From: Candidatus Heimdallarchaeota archaeon
GTDB lineage: Archaea; Asgardarchaeota; Heimdallarchaeia; Heimdallarchaeales; Heimdallarchaeaceae
NCBI GenBank assembly: GCA_018238545.1
Contig: JABCTC010000049.1
Coordinates: forward strand, 1-25,774
Direction: 5' to 3'
Length of the DNA: 25,774 bases
Part shown: piece after piece, positions 1-9,514 of the stretch
Numbering within the stretch: position 1 is the stretch's first letter
Layout of the letters: every line of letters begins with the position of its first letter
Position numbers and translations under genes: made by a program
The notes under the pieces: generated by a model
Databases searched by the model: none
What the model saw: only the letters and a program-made list of their open reading frames with translations
What the model was told of the DNA's origin: nothing

Positions 1-220
1 CGCAAGTGTTTGAACACTTGTCCCTCAGTTAATAAAGTTTGAACCATACAGCACGATGCGCAATGGCAGGAATGTTGTCGGAGTAAATGCGCACTCCCTT
101 CATTTCTTCCCCAATCATGATTCTCATGATTCTTCCCCTCAACGCACGTGAGGGGACCCACTTAAACGACGGTTAGACCGCCCCTGGCAAGTTTGACCAA
201 GTTTCATAACGTGCGTTATC
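1..220. other. GC-richer, hairpin-dense segment of unknown nature (structured RNA, mobile-element end, or end of an unrelated contig)
   Basis: About 48% GC by hand count versus an AT-rich window. Inverted repeats at 3-20, 80-97, 113-131, 134-156, 168-182 and 206-219. Abuts a 5'-truncated CDS. Confidence 0.35.
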
Positions 221-856
221 ATACGTGACAATGTAATTGGTCCTCATAATTTTCGAGGAATCAATCTTTACATCTGTCCTGATTCATTAATAGAAAATAA
301 TACTGTTTATGATGCAGGGATTGCTGGTATAGAAATAGCTATTTCGCCAGGGACAGTATTTAATGACAATAAATGCTACAATTGCGGTTTCTATGTAAAT
401 GATAACAATATACCTGATTATTTGAGTTATTCAGCATCGCAAAACAAAGTAAACGACAAACCATTTGGGTGGATTGAGAGCGCATATGATACAGATTATG
501 TCGCAGCTTTCTATGGTCAGATCGCATTGATAAACTGTACAAATGTGGGAATATATGATTTGCATCTATCAAATGCTTCCATAGGACTAATGGCTGTGTT
601 TTCCGATCAAATAGTAGTTGAAGATTGCTCATTTGAAAACAATTCAGAGTACGGTATATTCTTTTATCTATCAACTAATTCTAAAATAGAGAATTGTACG
701 GCTAAAAACAATGACTATGGTGTAAACATCATTTATTCAGATGATACTTTAATCTCAAATTCCAACATCATTAAAAATAGAGATGGGATGTATGGAGATC
801 AGATAGAAAATTTGCAGATTCAAAATTGTAACTTCTTCAACAATGATTTATCTTAG
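218..856 (+). CDS. Right-handed parallel beta-helix (NosD/CASH-type) protein, 5'-truncated
   Basis: The frame of ORF 422..856 is open back to a TGA at 194 and reads IIRDNVIGPHNFRGINLYICPDSLIENNTVYDAGIAGIEI..., followed by typical repeats (YGIFFYLSTNSKIENCTAKNNDYGVNIIYS). No start codon precedes the upstream repeats. Confidence 0.75.
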   Translation: MIRDNVIGPHNFRGINLYICPDSLIENNTVYDAGIAGIEIAISPGTVFNDNKCYNCGFYVNDNNIPDYLSYSASQNKVNDKPFGWIESAYDTDYVAAFYGQIALINCTNVGIYDLHLSNASIGLMAVFSDQIVVEDCSFENNSEYGIFFYLSTNSKIENCTAKNNDYGVNIIYSDDTLISNSNIIKNRDGMYGDQIENLQIQNCNFFNNDLS

Positions 857-937
857 AAAGAGATAGTCTTTTCTCTCCTTTTTTTACATTAATTTTATAT
901 TAGACTATGTTTCATCTTCTTCGATTAGGTGACAATC

Positions 938-1747
938 ATGATTGAGAAGAAGACCATCTTAGTGACTGGTGCTGCTAATGGTATTGGCAAATCTATTTCT
1001 TTGTTTCTTGCATCAAAGGATTATTTTGTTTTTGCAACTGATGTTGATGAGAAAGGATTGAAATCTCTTGAGAACTCAGAAAATATCAAAACTATTCCTC
1101 TAAATATTAGGAATTCAGCAGAAATTGATAGAGTAGTTAACGAAATAACAGATATCACAGAAGGTTTAGATGGTTTAATTAATAGCGCAGGAATCTTTGT
1201 TGGAGGACCCATGCTGGAAATTTCAATTGAAGATATGCGAGCCATTCTAGAGACAAATATTCTTGGAATGATTGACGCGACACAAAAATTATTTCCTCTT
1301 CTACTTAAAAGAAAAGGGAAAATAATTAACCTTAGTTCAGAGGTAGGTAGATTCTCTTATCCTTTTAATGGTCCATATGGTATCTCAAAATATGCTGTTG
1401 AAGCCTATTCAGATTCACTTAGAAGAGAATTAATGTTTGAAGGAATGAAAGTTATTAAGATTCAACCAGGAGCATTTGACACTCAATTTATGACCGAAAC
1501 AGAAGATGAATACAAAAAATTCATTGAGAAATCAAAGTTTAAAGATCAATTATCACGAATTTTACCAGTTTTAGCAAAAGAGAAAAGAAAAAGTTCCGAT
1601 CCTATTGTTATAGCAAAACTTGTTCACAAAATCATGAATAAGAAATACCCACGTAATTGTTACAAGGTTAAGAACAACAGATCTAGGATGATTTTGGAGT
1701 ATCTTCCAACATCTTTAGCTGATTTCTTAATAAAACATTTCATTTAA
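938..1747 (+). CDS. Short-chain dehydrogenase/reductase (classical SDR)
   Basis: TGAANGIG Rossmann motif, INSAG, catalytic YGISK (YxxxK), IQPG. A GGTGA RBS at 928-932 favours ATG 938 over GTG 929. Confidence 0.92.
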   Translation: MIEKKTILVTGAANGIGKSISLFLASKDYFVFATDVDEKGLKSLENSENIKTIPLNIRNSAEIDRVVNEITDITEGLDGLINSAGIFVGGPMLEISIEDMRAILETNILGMIDATQKLFPLLLKRKGKIINLSSEVGRFSYPFNGPYGISKYAVEAYSDSLRRELMFEGMKVIKIQPGAFDTQFMTETEDEYKKFIEKSKFKDQLSRILPVLAKEKRKSSDPIVIAKLVHKIMNKKYPRNCYKVKNNRSRMILEYLPTSLADFLIKHFI

Positions 1748-1794
1748 TATTTTTGCTAAAAACATTTAAAATAAACTAAAGAAATTCACTCTCA

Positions 1795-2553
1795 ATGGCA
1801 CATATTGTAGCACGTTTGTTTGATATGGATTTCATTTATCTTGATTTGCTTTTTTGCGCATTATGGATGACTGTTCTTCTAATTAGAAAAAAACGTTTAC
1901 AATGGATTTTTGGGCTTTTTGGTGCAGCAATTGTATTTATTTCTGATGATTTAATATGGTATCATCTTCAAGAAACAAGAGTATTAGAAACAGTTCCTTT
2001 TAACAATGACCTCTTCTTACTCTACTTTTCCTTCACTTATGGTATGATAGAATTCTCATATGTTGCTACAATGATTTCAGCAAATAATTGGAAAACTATG
2101 TTATCTTGGTCTCTGTTTCTTTATGGGGGTTGGTTTGCAACGGGTTTTCTTTCGAGTTGGCTACACATTGATGATAGGTCTATTTCCATCTATAGAGAAA
2201 TGACCGACATAGGAAGATGGATTCAAATTATGATGGTTGTAGGAGGCTATCTCCTCCTTATTCTATTCAAATATAAATGGAAACCATTTAAAAATTTGTC
2301 ATGGTTGAAACTTGGATATCTATTTCTTGTTGGTTTTATAGTCCATTTTGGGATGGAGATAACTCTACTTGCAGCAGGTATTCGACCTCTGGATGGTTCT
2401 CTTGTTATTCTCATTTTTAACAGCTTTCTTGAATTTAACTCAGGGATACCATTTATCTTTATCGTATGGACTTTGTTAAAAAACAGAGGAATTAGCACGG
2501 GATTAGATGATTTGCATTTAGATTCAGCTGAAATAAGCGAACAACAATTATAG
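1795..2553 (+). CDS. Integral membrane protein of unknown function (~7 TM)
   Basis: 252-aa ORF with about seven hydrophobic segments; no recognised motif. Confidence 0.7.
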   Translation: MAHIVARLFDMDFIYLDLLFCALWMTVLLIRKKRLQWIFGLFGAAIVFISDDLIWYHLQETRVLETVPFNNDLFLLYFSFTYGMIEFSYVATMISANNWKTMLSWSLFLYGGWFATGFLSSWLHIDDRSISIYREMTDIGRWIQIMMVVGGYLLLILFKYKWKPFKNLSWLKLGYLFLVGFIVHFGMEITLLAAGIRPLDGSLVILIFNSFLEFNSGIPFIFIVWTLLKNRGISTGLDDLHLDSAEISEQQL

Positions 2554-2596
2554 AAAAAGAATAAGGTTGAGAGAAAGGAATAAATTGTTCTCTCGA

Positions 2597-2977
2597 TTAT
2601 TTTATCTCAATTGGTTTAATATTTTTGAAAGGATCTTTTCCAATCATAGGAACATTCACTATCAGAAGACCTTCTTCATATTGAACAACAGTGCCTTCTG
2701 GATCAGCGTCTACTAAAAATGAATATTCGTTAACATATTCAACATGTGCGTCACGAACTGCATTGAGTTTTATTCCATTCTTAATAATTCTAATAGATAT
2801 ATTATCCTTCTTAACGCCTGGTATCTCATAAATAAGACGGTAAACATCGTCTTGATCTATACATCCTTCTTCATGTTCATCTGAATCTATACCACAGTCA
2901 CACCCACAGTGAACATGGGGAGTAATCCAGAACTTCCTTCTGATATGATTTTGTTTGTCTTTTACCATTTTTATCAC
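2597..2977 (-). CDS. Small heat-shock protein (Hsp20/alpha-crystallin) with Cys/His-rich N-terminal insert
   Basis: YRLIYEIPGVKKDNISI, YEEGLLIVNVP and C-terminal I-x-I (KPIEIK) are sHSP hallmarks. Likely start is ATG 2968. Confidence 0.85.
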   Translation of the reverse strand: MIKMVKDKQNHIRRKFWITPHVHCGCDCGIDSDEHEEGCIDQDDVYRLIYEIPGVKKDNISIRIIKNGIKLNAVRDAHVEYVNEYSFLVDADPEGTVVQYEEGLLIVNVPMIGKDPFKNIKPIEIK

Positions 2978-3070
2978 TTAAAAAATTCTAAAAAGAAATG
3001 ATTAATTCAAATTATACTCTCTCTGATTCTGAATTTAAAAATATGCTTTGAACAAAAAATAGTTATCTTG

Positions 3071-3595
3071 TTACAAGAGAGGATAATTCAAATCCTTTAG
3101 AACCCTATTCGTTCTTTCTACATAGAAATCATAAGTTTCTTTTCCATGAAGATATCTATCAAAGGAATCAACATCTTTGATTAATTCAACAAATGTATCG
3201 CCAGAATACTGTTTCTTATCTGAATGATGAATGGTTGCTTTAACAATTAGTTCTATTTCCTCATCAGAGATAAATCCATAACTATCTCCAAATCTCTTAT
3301 TATAGTTCTTAAGAAAGTCTCTAACTAGATTAGCTCCATTTGGACCATGATCCTTGAATATCCCTGTTTCTATAATCGCAAGATCATGAATTGCACCAGC
3401 TATTCCTGCAATTTCCTGATCTAAACCACGCTTTATGGCAAGTAACTTAGCTAATTGAGAACAAGAATACATATGCATGATACTCCACTCTAAAGGTTGG
3501 TCTCTGTTAAGGTCTGCAAACTCTTTAGTTTTTTCAAGAAGCAATTCAAGAATAAAATTTAAACGTCTCGATTGTAATTCATGAACATCTTTCAT
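3071..3595 (-). CDS. HD-domain metal-dependent phosphohydrolase
   Basis: H...AGAIHDL...HG...HH...DVD pattern of the HD superfamily. Confidence 0.85.
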   Translation of the reverse strand: MKDVHELQSRRLNFILELLLEKTKEFADLNRDQPLEWSIMHMYSCSQLAKLLAIKRGLDQEIAGIAGAIHDLAIIETGIFKDHGPNGANLVRDFLKNYNKRFGDSYGFISDEEIELIVKATIHHSDKKQYSGDTFVELIKDVDSFDRYLHGKETYDFYVERTNRVLKDLNYPLL

Positions 3596-3664
3596 TAGTA
3601 TCTAAAAGAAAATAGAATATAACATTTTAATACTTTCTAAAAGAAAAAGAAAGAAGAAAATAGA

Positions 3665-4552
3665 TTATTTATAAGCATCAACAACTGAATCTGGGATTTT
3701 GATTATTCCTAGTCCAAAGACGTAGGGTCCTGCATGACATATGATATTAGCTCCAATAGGTTCGTAAAAGAAATGCAACGGTTTGTAATTCTTATTTATT
3801 TCCTCTGAAAAAGCTTTAATTTCAGGATTATCCAGACCGTACATAATGACCATAGCATAGTTCACATATTCCTTTGAGTACTGTTCTGCAATAACACGAA
3901 AAATCTCCATGGCCTCATTATGATTCTTAACTGTTCCAGACGAAGTAATCTCTCCATCCTTCACTATAAGAAGAGGTTTCAAACCCATTATTGTCCCTAT
4001 TAAACTCTTTGCAGCTCCTATTCTTCCTCCTCTGCGCAAAAATTCTAGTGTATCTACCATGAAATGTAATTGGATATTCTTCTTCATTTCATTTATTTCA
4101 TCTCTGACAGTTTCAATAGGAATTCCTTGATCTCTTCTTCTAATCGCATGATCAATCAGTAGAGATTGACCCCATGAAACAGTTTCTGTATCGACTGTGA
4201 TGAAATTATCAGTCTTCAAACGTCTAGCTGTCATTATAGCATTCTGCAATGTTGCAGACATTTTGGCGCTGATTGCTAAAAAGAGCACTTTTTCATACTT
4301 CTCCAAAGATGCTCTTATTACTCGATCAAAGTCTATAGGAGGTGCAACTGAGGTTGATGTTTTAGCTTTATCATTAATCATTTTGTCAATAATCTCTTCT
4401 CTTGTAATATTATCTCGATCCACGTACTCTGTATCTCCAATCATTATTCTTGTTCTGATTAGAATTAAATCATGTTTCTTCATATAATCAAGACTAAAAT
4501 CTGCTCCAGAATCAGTCATGATTCCAAATTTGTTGGTCATAGCTAGAAACAT
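3665..4552 (-). CDS. degV: DegV family fatty-acid-binding protein (FakB-like)
   Basis: IMTDSGAD, TSTS, ISAKMSAT, VDTLEFLRRGGRIG, LKPLL, HAGP motifs. Confidence 0.92.
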   Translation of the reverse strand: MFLAMTNKFGIMTDSGADFSLDYMKKHDLILIRTRIMIGDTEYVDRDNITREEIIDKMINDKAKTSTSVAPPIDFDRVIRASLEKYEKVLFLAISAKMSATLQNAIMTARRLKTDNFITVDTETVSWGQSLLIDHAIRRRDQGIPIETVRDEINEMKKNIQLHFMVDTLEFLRRGGRIGAAKSLIGTIMGLKPLLIVKDGEITSSGTVKNHNEAMEIFRVIAEQYSKEYVNYAMVIMYGLDNPEIKAFSEEINKNYKPLHFFYEPIGANIICHAGPYVFGLGIIKIPDSVVDAYK

Positions 4553-4670
4553 CTTGGAGTAGTATAAAAATTATTACTTAAAATGTATAAACTAACCTAT
4601 CTTTTCTTCAGACATAACTCTTCCAATTTAACTGAAAACATTTATATCTTTGATATGCACTTCATTCTAT

Positions 4671-5138
4671 ATGGGAAAAGGATTAACAGCATTTTTGATA
4701 ATATTTTTTGTTATTTTAGCAGCTGGGGGTGTAATTGGTGTTGACATCTACATGAGTTATAAGGATGTTGAAGCAAATTTTGATCAATTCACTATTGGTA
4801 CTCCTGCTTTCGACATAAGTTCGGATAATACTACTATTACTGTCACAGTAACGGTAGGGACGCCTAAACTAGGATACATTCCTAAATCTATTAGATTAGA
4901 TATACAGCTATTAAAGGGTGGAACGAATTATGGGGATCTCCAACAAACAACTATCAAATTAGGAGAATCTGCACCTGTCGTATTCGAGTTTGTTCTTACA
5001 TCTGCTGATGTATCAAATATAGGTTCAGGTGGAACAATAACTATTACAATAGAAGTTTCAGCTGTGCCAATCTATTTTGGTATTCCGCTATCATTTCTAG
5101 CACAAGATTTGCCTCCTACAGATATAATAATACCTTAA
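4671..5138 (+). CDS. Membrane-anchored beta-rich protein (possibly LEA_2/Ig-like fold)
   Basis: N-terminal TM helix followed by alternating beta-strand patterns (TITVTVTV, ITITIEVSA). ATG at 4671 lies downstream of a TTTATA box. Confidence 0.6.
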   Translation: MGKGLTAFLIIFFVILAAGGVIGVDIYMSYKDVEANFDQFTIGTPAFDISSDNTTITVTVTVGTPKLGYIPKSIRLDIQLLKGGTNYGDLQQTTIKLGESAPVVFEFVLTSADVSNIGSGGTITITIEVSAVPIYFGIPLSFLAQDLPPTDIIIP

Positions 5139-5221
5139 ACATTGAAGTTTAATCTTTTTTGAAACTTCTTATTTTCCTCTTTTTAGAATAAGTTTTTAAC
5201 CATCTCAATTTAATTCCGACT

Positions 5222-5482
5222 GTGACTATTCTAGCTAACCATCTCAAGTGTGACTGTGCTCAAGTGGTAAAGATAGCATCTTGCCCCCGACCCCTTCTAT
5301 CACCTACGCTAGAACAAGATAATACCTATTTTCACTGTCCTTACTGCAAACTTGATTATACTTGTAGTCAAGCAATAAAAACTGTTCATGAAAAAGATAA
5401 ATTTGGTTATCCACAATTGAAGAAGACAGTTTGTAGAAAATGTGAAACTGAAGTAGATAGAAGAAAATGGCCCAATGAATAA
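5222..5482 (+). CDS. Small Cys-rich putative zinc-binding protein
   Basis: CxC, CxxC (CPYC) and CxxC (CRKC) plus further Cys in 86 aa; fills the intergenic gap. Confidence 0.6.
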   Translation: MTILANHLKCDCAQVVKIASCPRPLLSPTLEQDNTYFHCPYCKLDYTCSQAIKTVHEKDKFGYPQLKKTVCRKCETEVDRRKWPNE

Positions 5483-5488
5483 AATCAT

Positions 5489-6937
5489 TTAATTGTTTGA
5501 TTCAATTCTTTCAAGCTTAATAATAAAAACTGCTCCAGAAGGTATGTTGTCTTCAACTGAAATGCTTCCACCAAATTTTGCTAAAGTTAATTTTGCTAGA
5601 TATAATCCCGTCCCACTTGCACCTCCTTTATTTCCTTGAAAATTCTTCTTGAAGATTTTATCTTTCAAATCATCTCCTACTCCTATCCCATTATCTATTA
5701 TTTTTAGAAATACAGTGTTATTTAATTCCTCTACAGCTATCGTCACTTGAACTGTATCTGAATTTTGCTGAAATGCGTTTTGAACTACATTCAATACTAT
5801 TGGAAAAAGCAGTTTGTTAGCTTTAACATACACTGATTCAGTAGGTAAAACTAAATTTACATCGCTAAAAGCTCGTTGAATCCCATCTAGGATATTAAGA
5901 TTAGTGGGTTGAATTTTTAATGAATCCAAAATATGAGCTGGTGTTTCAAATTTCTTTTGCCTCTCCTCCATCAAACTTACTCTCTTCTTTATCAAGTCTA
6001 GAAAGCTATTTTTTGATGTTTCTTCGAATAATTCCATGGAGTTATTTATGACACTTAGATCATTTTGAAGATCGTGAAACCACAATTCGGTAACAGTAAG
6101 CAAATCCTTGGATAAGTACTCTATCTCTTCATATCTTTGTTTGTAAAACTCTCTTTCCATAACGATATCTCTCATTGACTGAATTTTTATTTCAGGATCA
6201 AAGGCAGCAATGAGAGCAATAATCATTGTTGAATAAAAAACAAAACTTAGCACATCAGGTGTTAAAATTTGTAATTCTCCTGTTATCACAATAGAATACA
6301 CTCTAGAAAGATCTCTGAAAACAAGCATTACTAGTCCAATTATTATGAATAACCAATAATAACCATAGCCCATTTTAGAATATAATATCAAGAGGATACT
6401 AAGTATGATAAAGGAAACAAAGCCAACGGTTAACACAATTGCAAATAATACAATCTCAAAAACTGTAAAAATTTGACCTATCTCGTTGAAAGAATAAGAT
6501 AGTATTGGGGATACAATAACAGTAGTAAAACCCACGATCGCAATACCAACAAAAAATGCTGCTTTTGTTACATACTTATAATCTTTGAATATTCTATGAA
6601 TAGAAATTGCTAAGAATGAGAAATAAGCTGCAATGTAAAAGATTGACCAGTAATTTACAGATAAGATTGTTGGATCATCATTAAGAAAATAATCGAATAT
6701 CTCATAAATTAGAAGCATAATTATTGAAAAAGTTATTGCAAAACTAAAGATTTTTTTATCCCTACCTTCTGCTTTGAAAATTGCTGTTACACCTATAATT
6801 CCTCCAATAGACGGTAGAAGGAAGCTTAAGGTGTCCATATAGAGATTGCTGTGTAAACCCCAGAGACTAATAATCAATGGTAAAATACTCATAACAAACA
6901 TTGCTACCCATATTGAAGCTAGTACTCTAGTGCGCAA
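5489..6937 (-). CDS. Membrane-bound sensor histidine kinase (multi-TM, HisKA, HATPase_c)
   Basis: About eight TM segments; H-box WFHDLQN, N-box LNVVQNA, G1 DNGIG, G2 GTGLYL. Confidence 0.9.
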   Translation of the reverse strand: MRTRVLASIWVAMFVMSILPLIISLWGLHSNLYMDTLSFLLPSIGGIIGVTAIFKAEGRDKKIFSFAITFSIIMLLIYEIFDYFLNDDPTILSVNYWSIFYIAAYFSFLAISIHRIFKDYKYVTKAAFFVGIAIVGFTTVIVSPILSYSFNEIGQIFTVFEIVLFAIVLTVGFVSFIILSILLILYSKMGYGYYWLFIIIGLVMLVFRDLSRVYSIVITGELQILTPDVLSFVFYSTMIIALIAAFDPEIKIQSMRDIVMEREFYKQRYEEIEYLSKDLLTVTELWFHDLQNDLSVINNSMELFEETSKNSFLDLIKKRVSLMEERQKKFETPAHILDSLKIQPTNLNILDGIQRAFSDVNLVLPTESVYVKANKLLFPIVLNVVQNAFQQNSDTVQVTIAVEELNNTVFLKIIDNGIGVGDDLKDKIFKKNFQGNKGGASGTGLYLAKLTLAKFGGSISVEDNIPSGAVFIIKLERIESNN

Positions 6938-7043
6938 AAAATACCCTATTTAATTCTATCTTACAATATTTAAACAATTATTATAAAGGCAAGAATTTAT
7001 CATTTTAAAATACAAACATTCTGTGTATCATTTGAAAAAATAG

Positions 7044-8114
7044 TTAGAAGAATAAGTTTAGCTTGGTTACAAATCTTATGATTTTTCCAACAAATCCTTC
7101 CAATAAACTCTCCTCTGTTTTCTTGATTGCTGCTTGTTGTACTAGCATTGAGTATGTCGGGTAGATGTGCATCAAATTAGCAATTTTTGATATGTTCTCT
7201 TTATTCTTTATAGCGAGGATTAATTCATGAATTATCTCTCCTGCTCTAGGACTTACCACTAGAGCCCCAACAATCCTTTGCTTTTTGCTCAAGTAAATTT
7301 TCACAAAACCTGTAGTGTCAGAATCTGTGGTCGCTCTGTCTACTTTTTCAAGGTTGAAGTTGACTTCTGAATACTTCTTAGCATTTAATCCTTCAAATAG
7401 GTCTTCTACTCCAGCAAAAGCTATTTCTGGAGAAGTGAAAGTTGTCCAAGCAATTAACGAAAGCTTCGCTGAACTAGAGAATGGTAACAACGCATTTCTA
7501 ACAGCAATATATCCAAGGAATCCAGCTACGTGTGTAAATTGATAAGAAGCTATACACTCACCAGCTGCATAAATTCTCTTGTTTCTTGTTCTCAAATATT
7601 TGTTTACTTCTATAAACCCTTCATTTAGTGTAACATCCGCAGCTTCAAGATTCAATCTTGAAAGAGAAGGTTTTTTGCCTATAGCAACTAATAAGTGGAA
7701 ACCGCTAATTTTCTTCCCTTCCTTTGTGATGGCTTCAATTTGATCAGATTTTTGCTCAACTTTAACTATTTTGTCACAAAAAACTGTCTCAATTCCTTGT
7801 TGGTTAAATGTTTGAAGAATAAGTTTACTAGCATCTGGATCATTTTTTGTTAACAATCTTTTTTTTGTCGAGATAATTGTTACTTTGGAACCTAACCTAC
7901 GAAAGGATTGACCTAACTCACAACTAATGGGTCCTCCCCCAATAATAACTAGGTGTTTAGGTAATCCTTTTAGATCAAAAACAGTGTCAGAAGTATAGAA
8001 AGTTACTTTACTCAAACCTTCAATCTCGTCAATTGGGATTTTCGGTGATGAACCTGTAGTGATAATGAATCGTTTTGCGCTTATTTCTTTATCATTAACT
8101 TCTATTTTATGATT
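7044..8114 (-). CDS. Class I pyridine nucleotide-disulfide oxidoreductase (LpdA/MerA-like), 5'-truncated
   Basis: GGGPISCELG NAD-binding motif, FTSPEIA, HIYPT. The frame extends upstream of 8015 as NHKIEVNDKEISAKRFIITTGSSP to ~8114, where it is cut. The FAD GxGxxG and redox CxxxxC motifs are absent, and there is no MerA C-terminal CC. Confidence 0.85.
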   Translation of the reverse strand, partial: NHKIEVNDKEISAKRFIITTGSSPKIPIDEIEGLSKVTFYTSDTVFDLKGLPKHLVIIGGGPISCELGQSFRRLGSKVTIISTKKRLLTKNDPDASKLILQTFNQQGIETVFCDKIVKVEQKSDQIEAITKEGKKISGFHLLVAIGKKPSLSRLNLEAADVTLNEGFIEVNKYLRTRNKRIYAAGECIASYQFTHVAGFLGYIAVRNALLPFSSSAKLSLIAWTTFTSPEIAFAGVEDLFEGLNAKKYSEVNFNLEKVDRATTDSDTTGFVKIYLSKKQRIVGALVVSPRAGEIIHELILAIKNKENISKIANLMHIYPTYSMLVQQAAIKKTEESLLEGFVGKIIRFVTKLNLFF

Positions 8115-8331
8115 AGGAATGGAACATGACGGTGAGATCTATAAAAATGATTTTAGTGCACATGTAGAAGTAAATATTATGCCACATGCTTACAATGTCC
8201 TGTACAATACTGAACACCCATCTATGTACTGGTTGACTGAAGAAGAACTTAAGCAAGGTAAGAAGCCCGATGGAGTAGCGACTAAACATATGAAACACTG
8301 GGATGCTAGAATGTGGCAAGAGAAAAACTAG
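8114..8331 (+). CDS. 3' fragment of a diacylglycerol-kinase-family paralog
   Basis: 60 of 70 aa identical to the C-terminus of 8408..9460. Nucleotide similarity starts abruptly at ~8114 (matches 9243). Confidence 0.8.
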
Positions 8332-8407
8332 CAAAAACCCTTGTTTAATCACAATTTTAAGCATTAAACTCCCTAAGGTTTATTTATAACCTTTACTTTT
8401 TTGTTTC

Positions 8408-9460
8408 ATGTCTGAAAAATGGAAATTTATAGTTAATCCTAACGCTGGTACTCAAAGATGTGCTGAAAGATGGGAGAAAGCTGAACCAGTTATTAAAAAA
8501 AGTGGGATTGATTATGATGTTGTCTTCACAGAAGCCCGTAAACAGGGAAAAGAACTAGTTACAAATGCACTTAATGACGGTTTTAATAGAATTATTGTCG
8601 CAAGTGGTGATGGAGTTGTTAATGAGGCGATAAATGGCATTATGTCCTTTCCTGAAAAAAAGAGAAAGGAGATTGCTTTCGGAGTCTTACCTTTTGGAAC
8701 TGGTAATGATTTAGCAACTTACATGGGAATACCATGGGAGCCAAAACATGCAGCTAAGACTCTAATAGAGAAAACAGCTGTTTCGCCTTCATCTATTGGA
8801 AAAGTAAAATATCATGATACAAAGTTCGAAGTGTACTTTGGCAACATGTTTGATTTTGGAATCTCTTCATTAGTTAATTTAGGCAATATGGCTGGGGAAA
8901 TGAATTGGATTAAAGGTCCATCAAGATATACTTTCTTAGCAGTCAAGAAACTAATTACTGTCAAACAAAGAAAAGGAACAATTATCCTAGATGACGGAGA
9001 ACCAATAGACTTCAAATTGATGCTTCTAGCTATAGGAATAGGAAAATCTGTAGGTGGTGGGATGTTAGCCTGTGTCAATGCTCATCCTCAGAACGATTTC
9101 TTTGATGTATGCATAACTCAAAATCTTACAAAACCTAGAACTCTATTAGGAATTCAAAAGATTTTCAAAGGAGAGCACCTTAATTTAAAGGGAATGCTTT
9201 ACAAATATGCTAAGAAAATTGAAGTGAAACTTGAAAGCCCCATAGGAATGGAACATGACGGTGAGATTTATGAAGAAGACGTTAGCGCTCATGTAGAGGT
9301 AAATATGATACCACAAGCTTACAATATTTTATACAACACCGAACATCCATCTATGCACTGGTTGACAGAAGAAGAACTTAAACAAGGTAAAAAACCAGAT
9401 GGAACTGCTACTAAACATATGAAACATTGGGATGCTAGAATTTGGCAAGAGAAAAATTAA
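8408..9460 (+). CDS. Diacylglycerol/lipid kinase family protein (YegS/DgkB/BmrU)
   Basis: IVNPNAG, SGDGVVNEAING, LPFGTGNDLA, GGG, HDGE motifs. Confidence 0.92.
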   Translation: MSEKWKFIVNPNAGTQRCAERWEKAEPVIKKSGIDYDVVFTEARKQGKELVTNALNDGFNRIIVASGDGVVNEAINGIMSFPEKKRKEIAFGVLPFGTGNDLATYMGIPWEPKHAAKTLIEKTAVSPSSIGKVKYHDTKFEVYFGNMFDFGISSLVNLGNMAGEMNWIKGPSRYTFLAVKKLITVKQRKGTIILDDGEPIDFKLMLLAIGIGKSVGGGMLACVNAHPQNDFFDVCITQNLTKPRTLLGIQKIFKGEHLNLKGMLYKYAKKIEVKLESPIGMEHDGEIYEEDVSAHVEVNMIPQAYNILYNTEHPSMHWLTEEELKQGKKPDGTATKHMKHWDARIWQEKN

Positions 9461-9514
9461 TTGTATTATTGTAACAGAACTAATATATACAACTTTTTCT
9501 TAATTTTTGAGTAT

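Noticed and set aside
1-230. IS630 transposase (DNARY on the minus strand) or a TAA=Gln recoded ORF
   Set aside because: A stop follows 10 codons after DNARY with no other DDE motifs; two TAA in ~73 codons is compatible with chance.
7044-8114. Mercuric reductase merA
   Set aside because: No C-terminal Cys pair, no mer genes nearby, and the N-terminus is missing.
8114-9460. Diversity-generating retroelement TR/VR pair
   Set aside because: Differences are not adenine-specific, many are synonymous, and there is no reverse transcriptase in the window.
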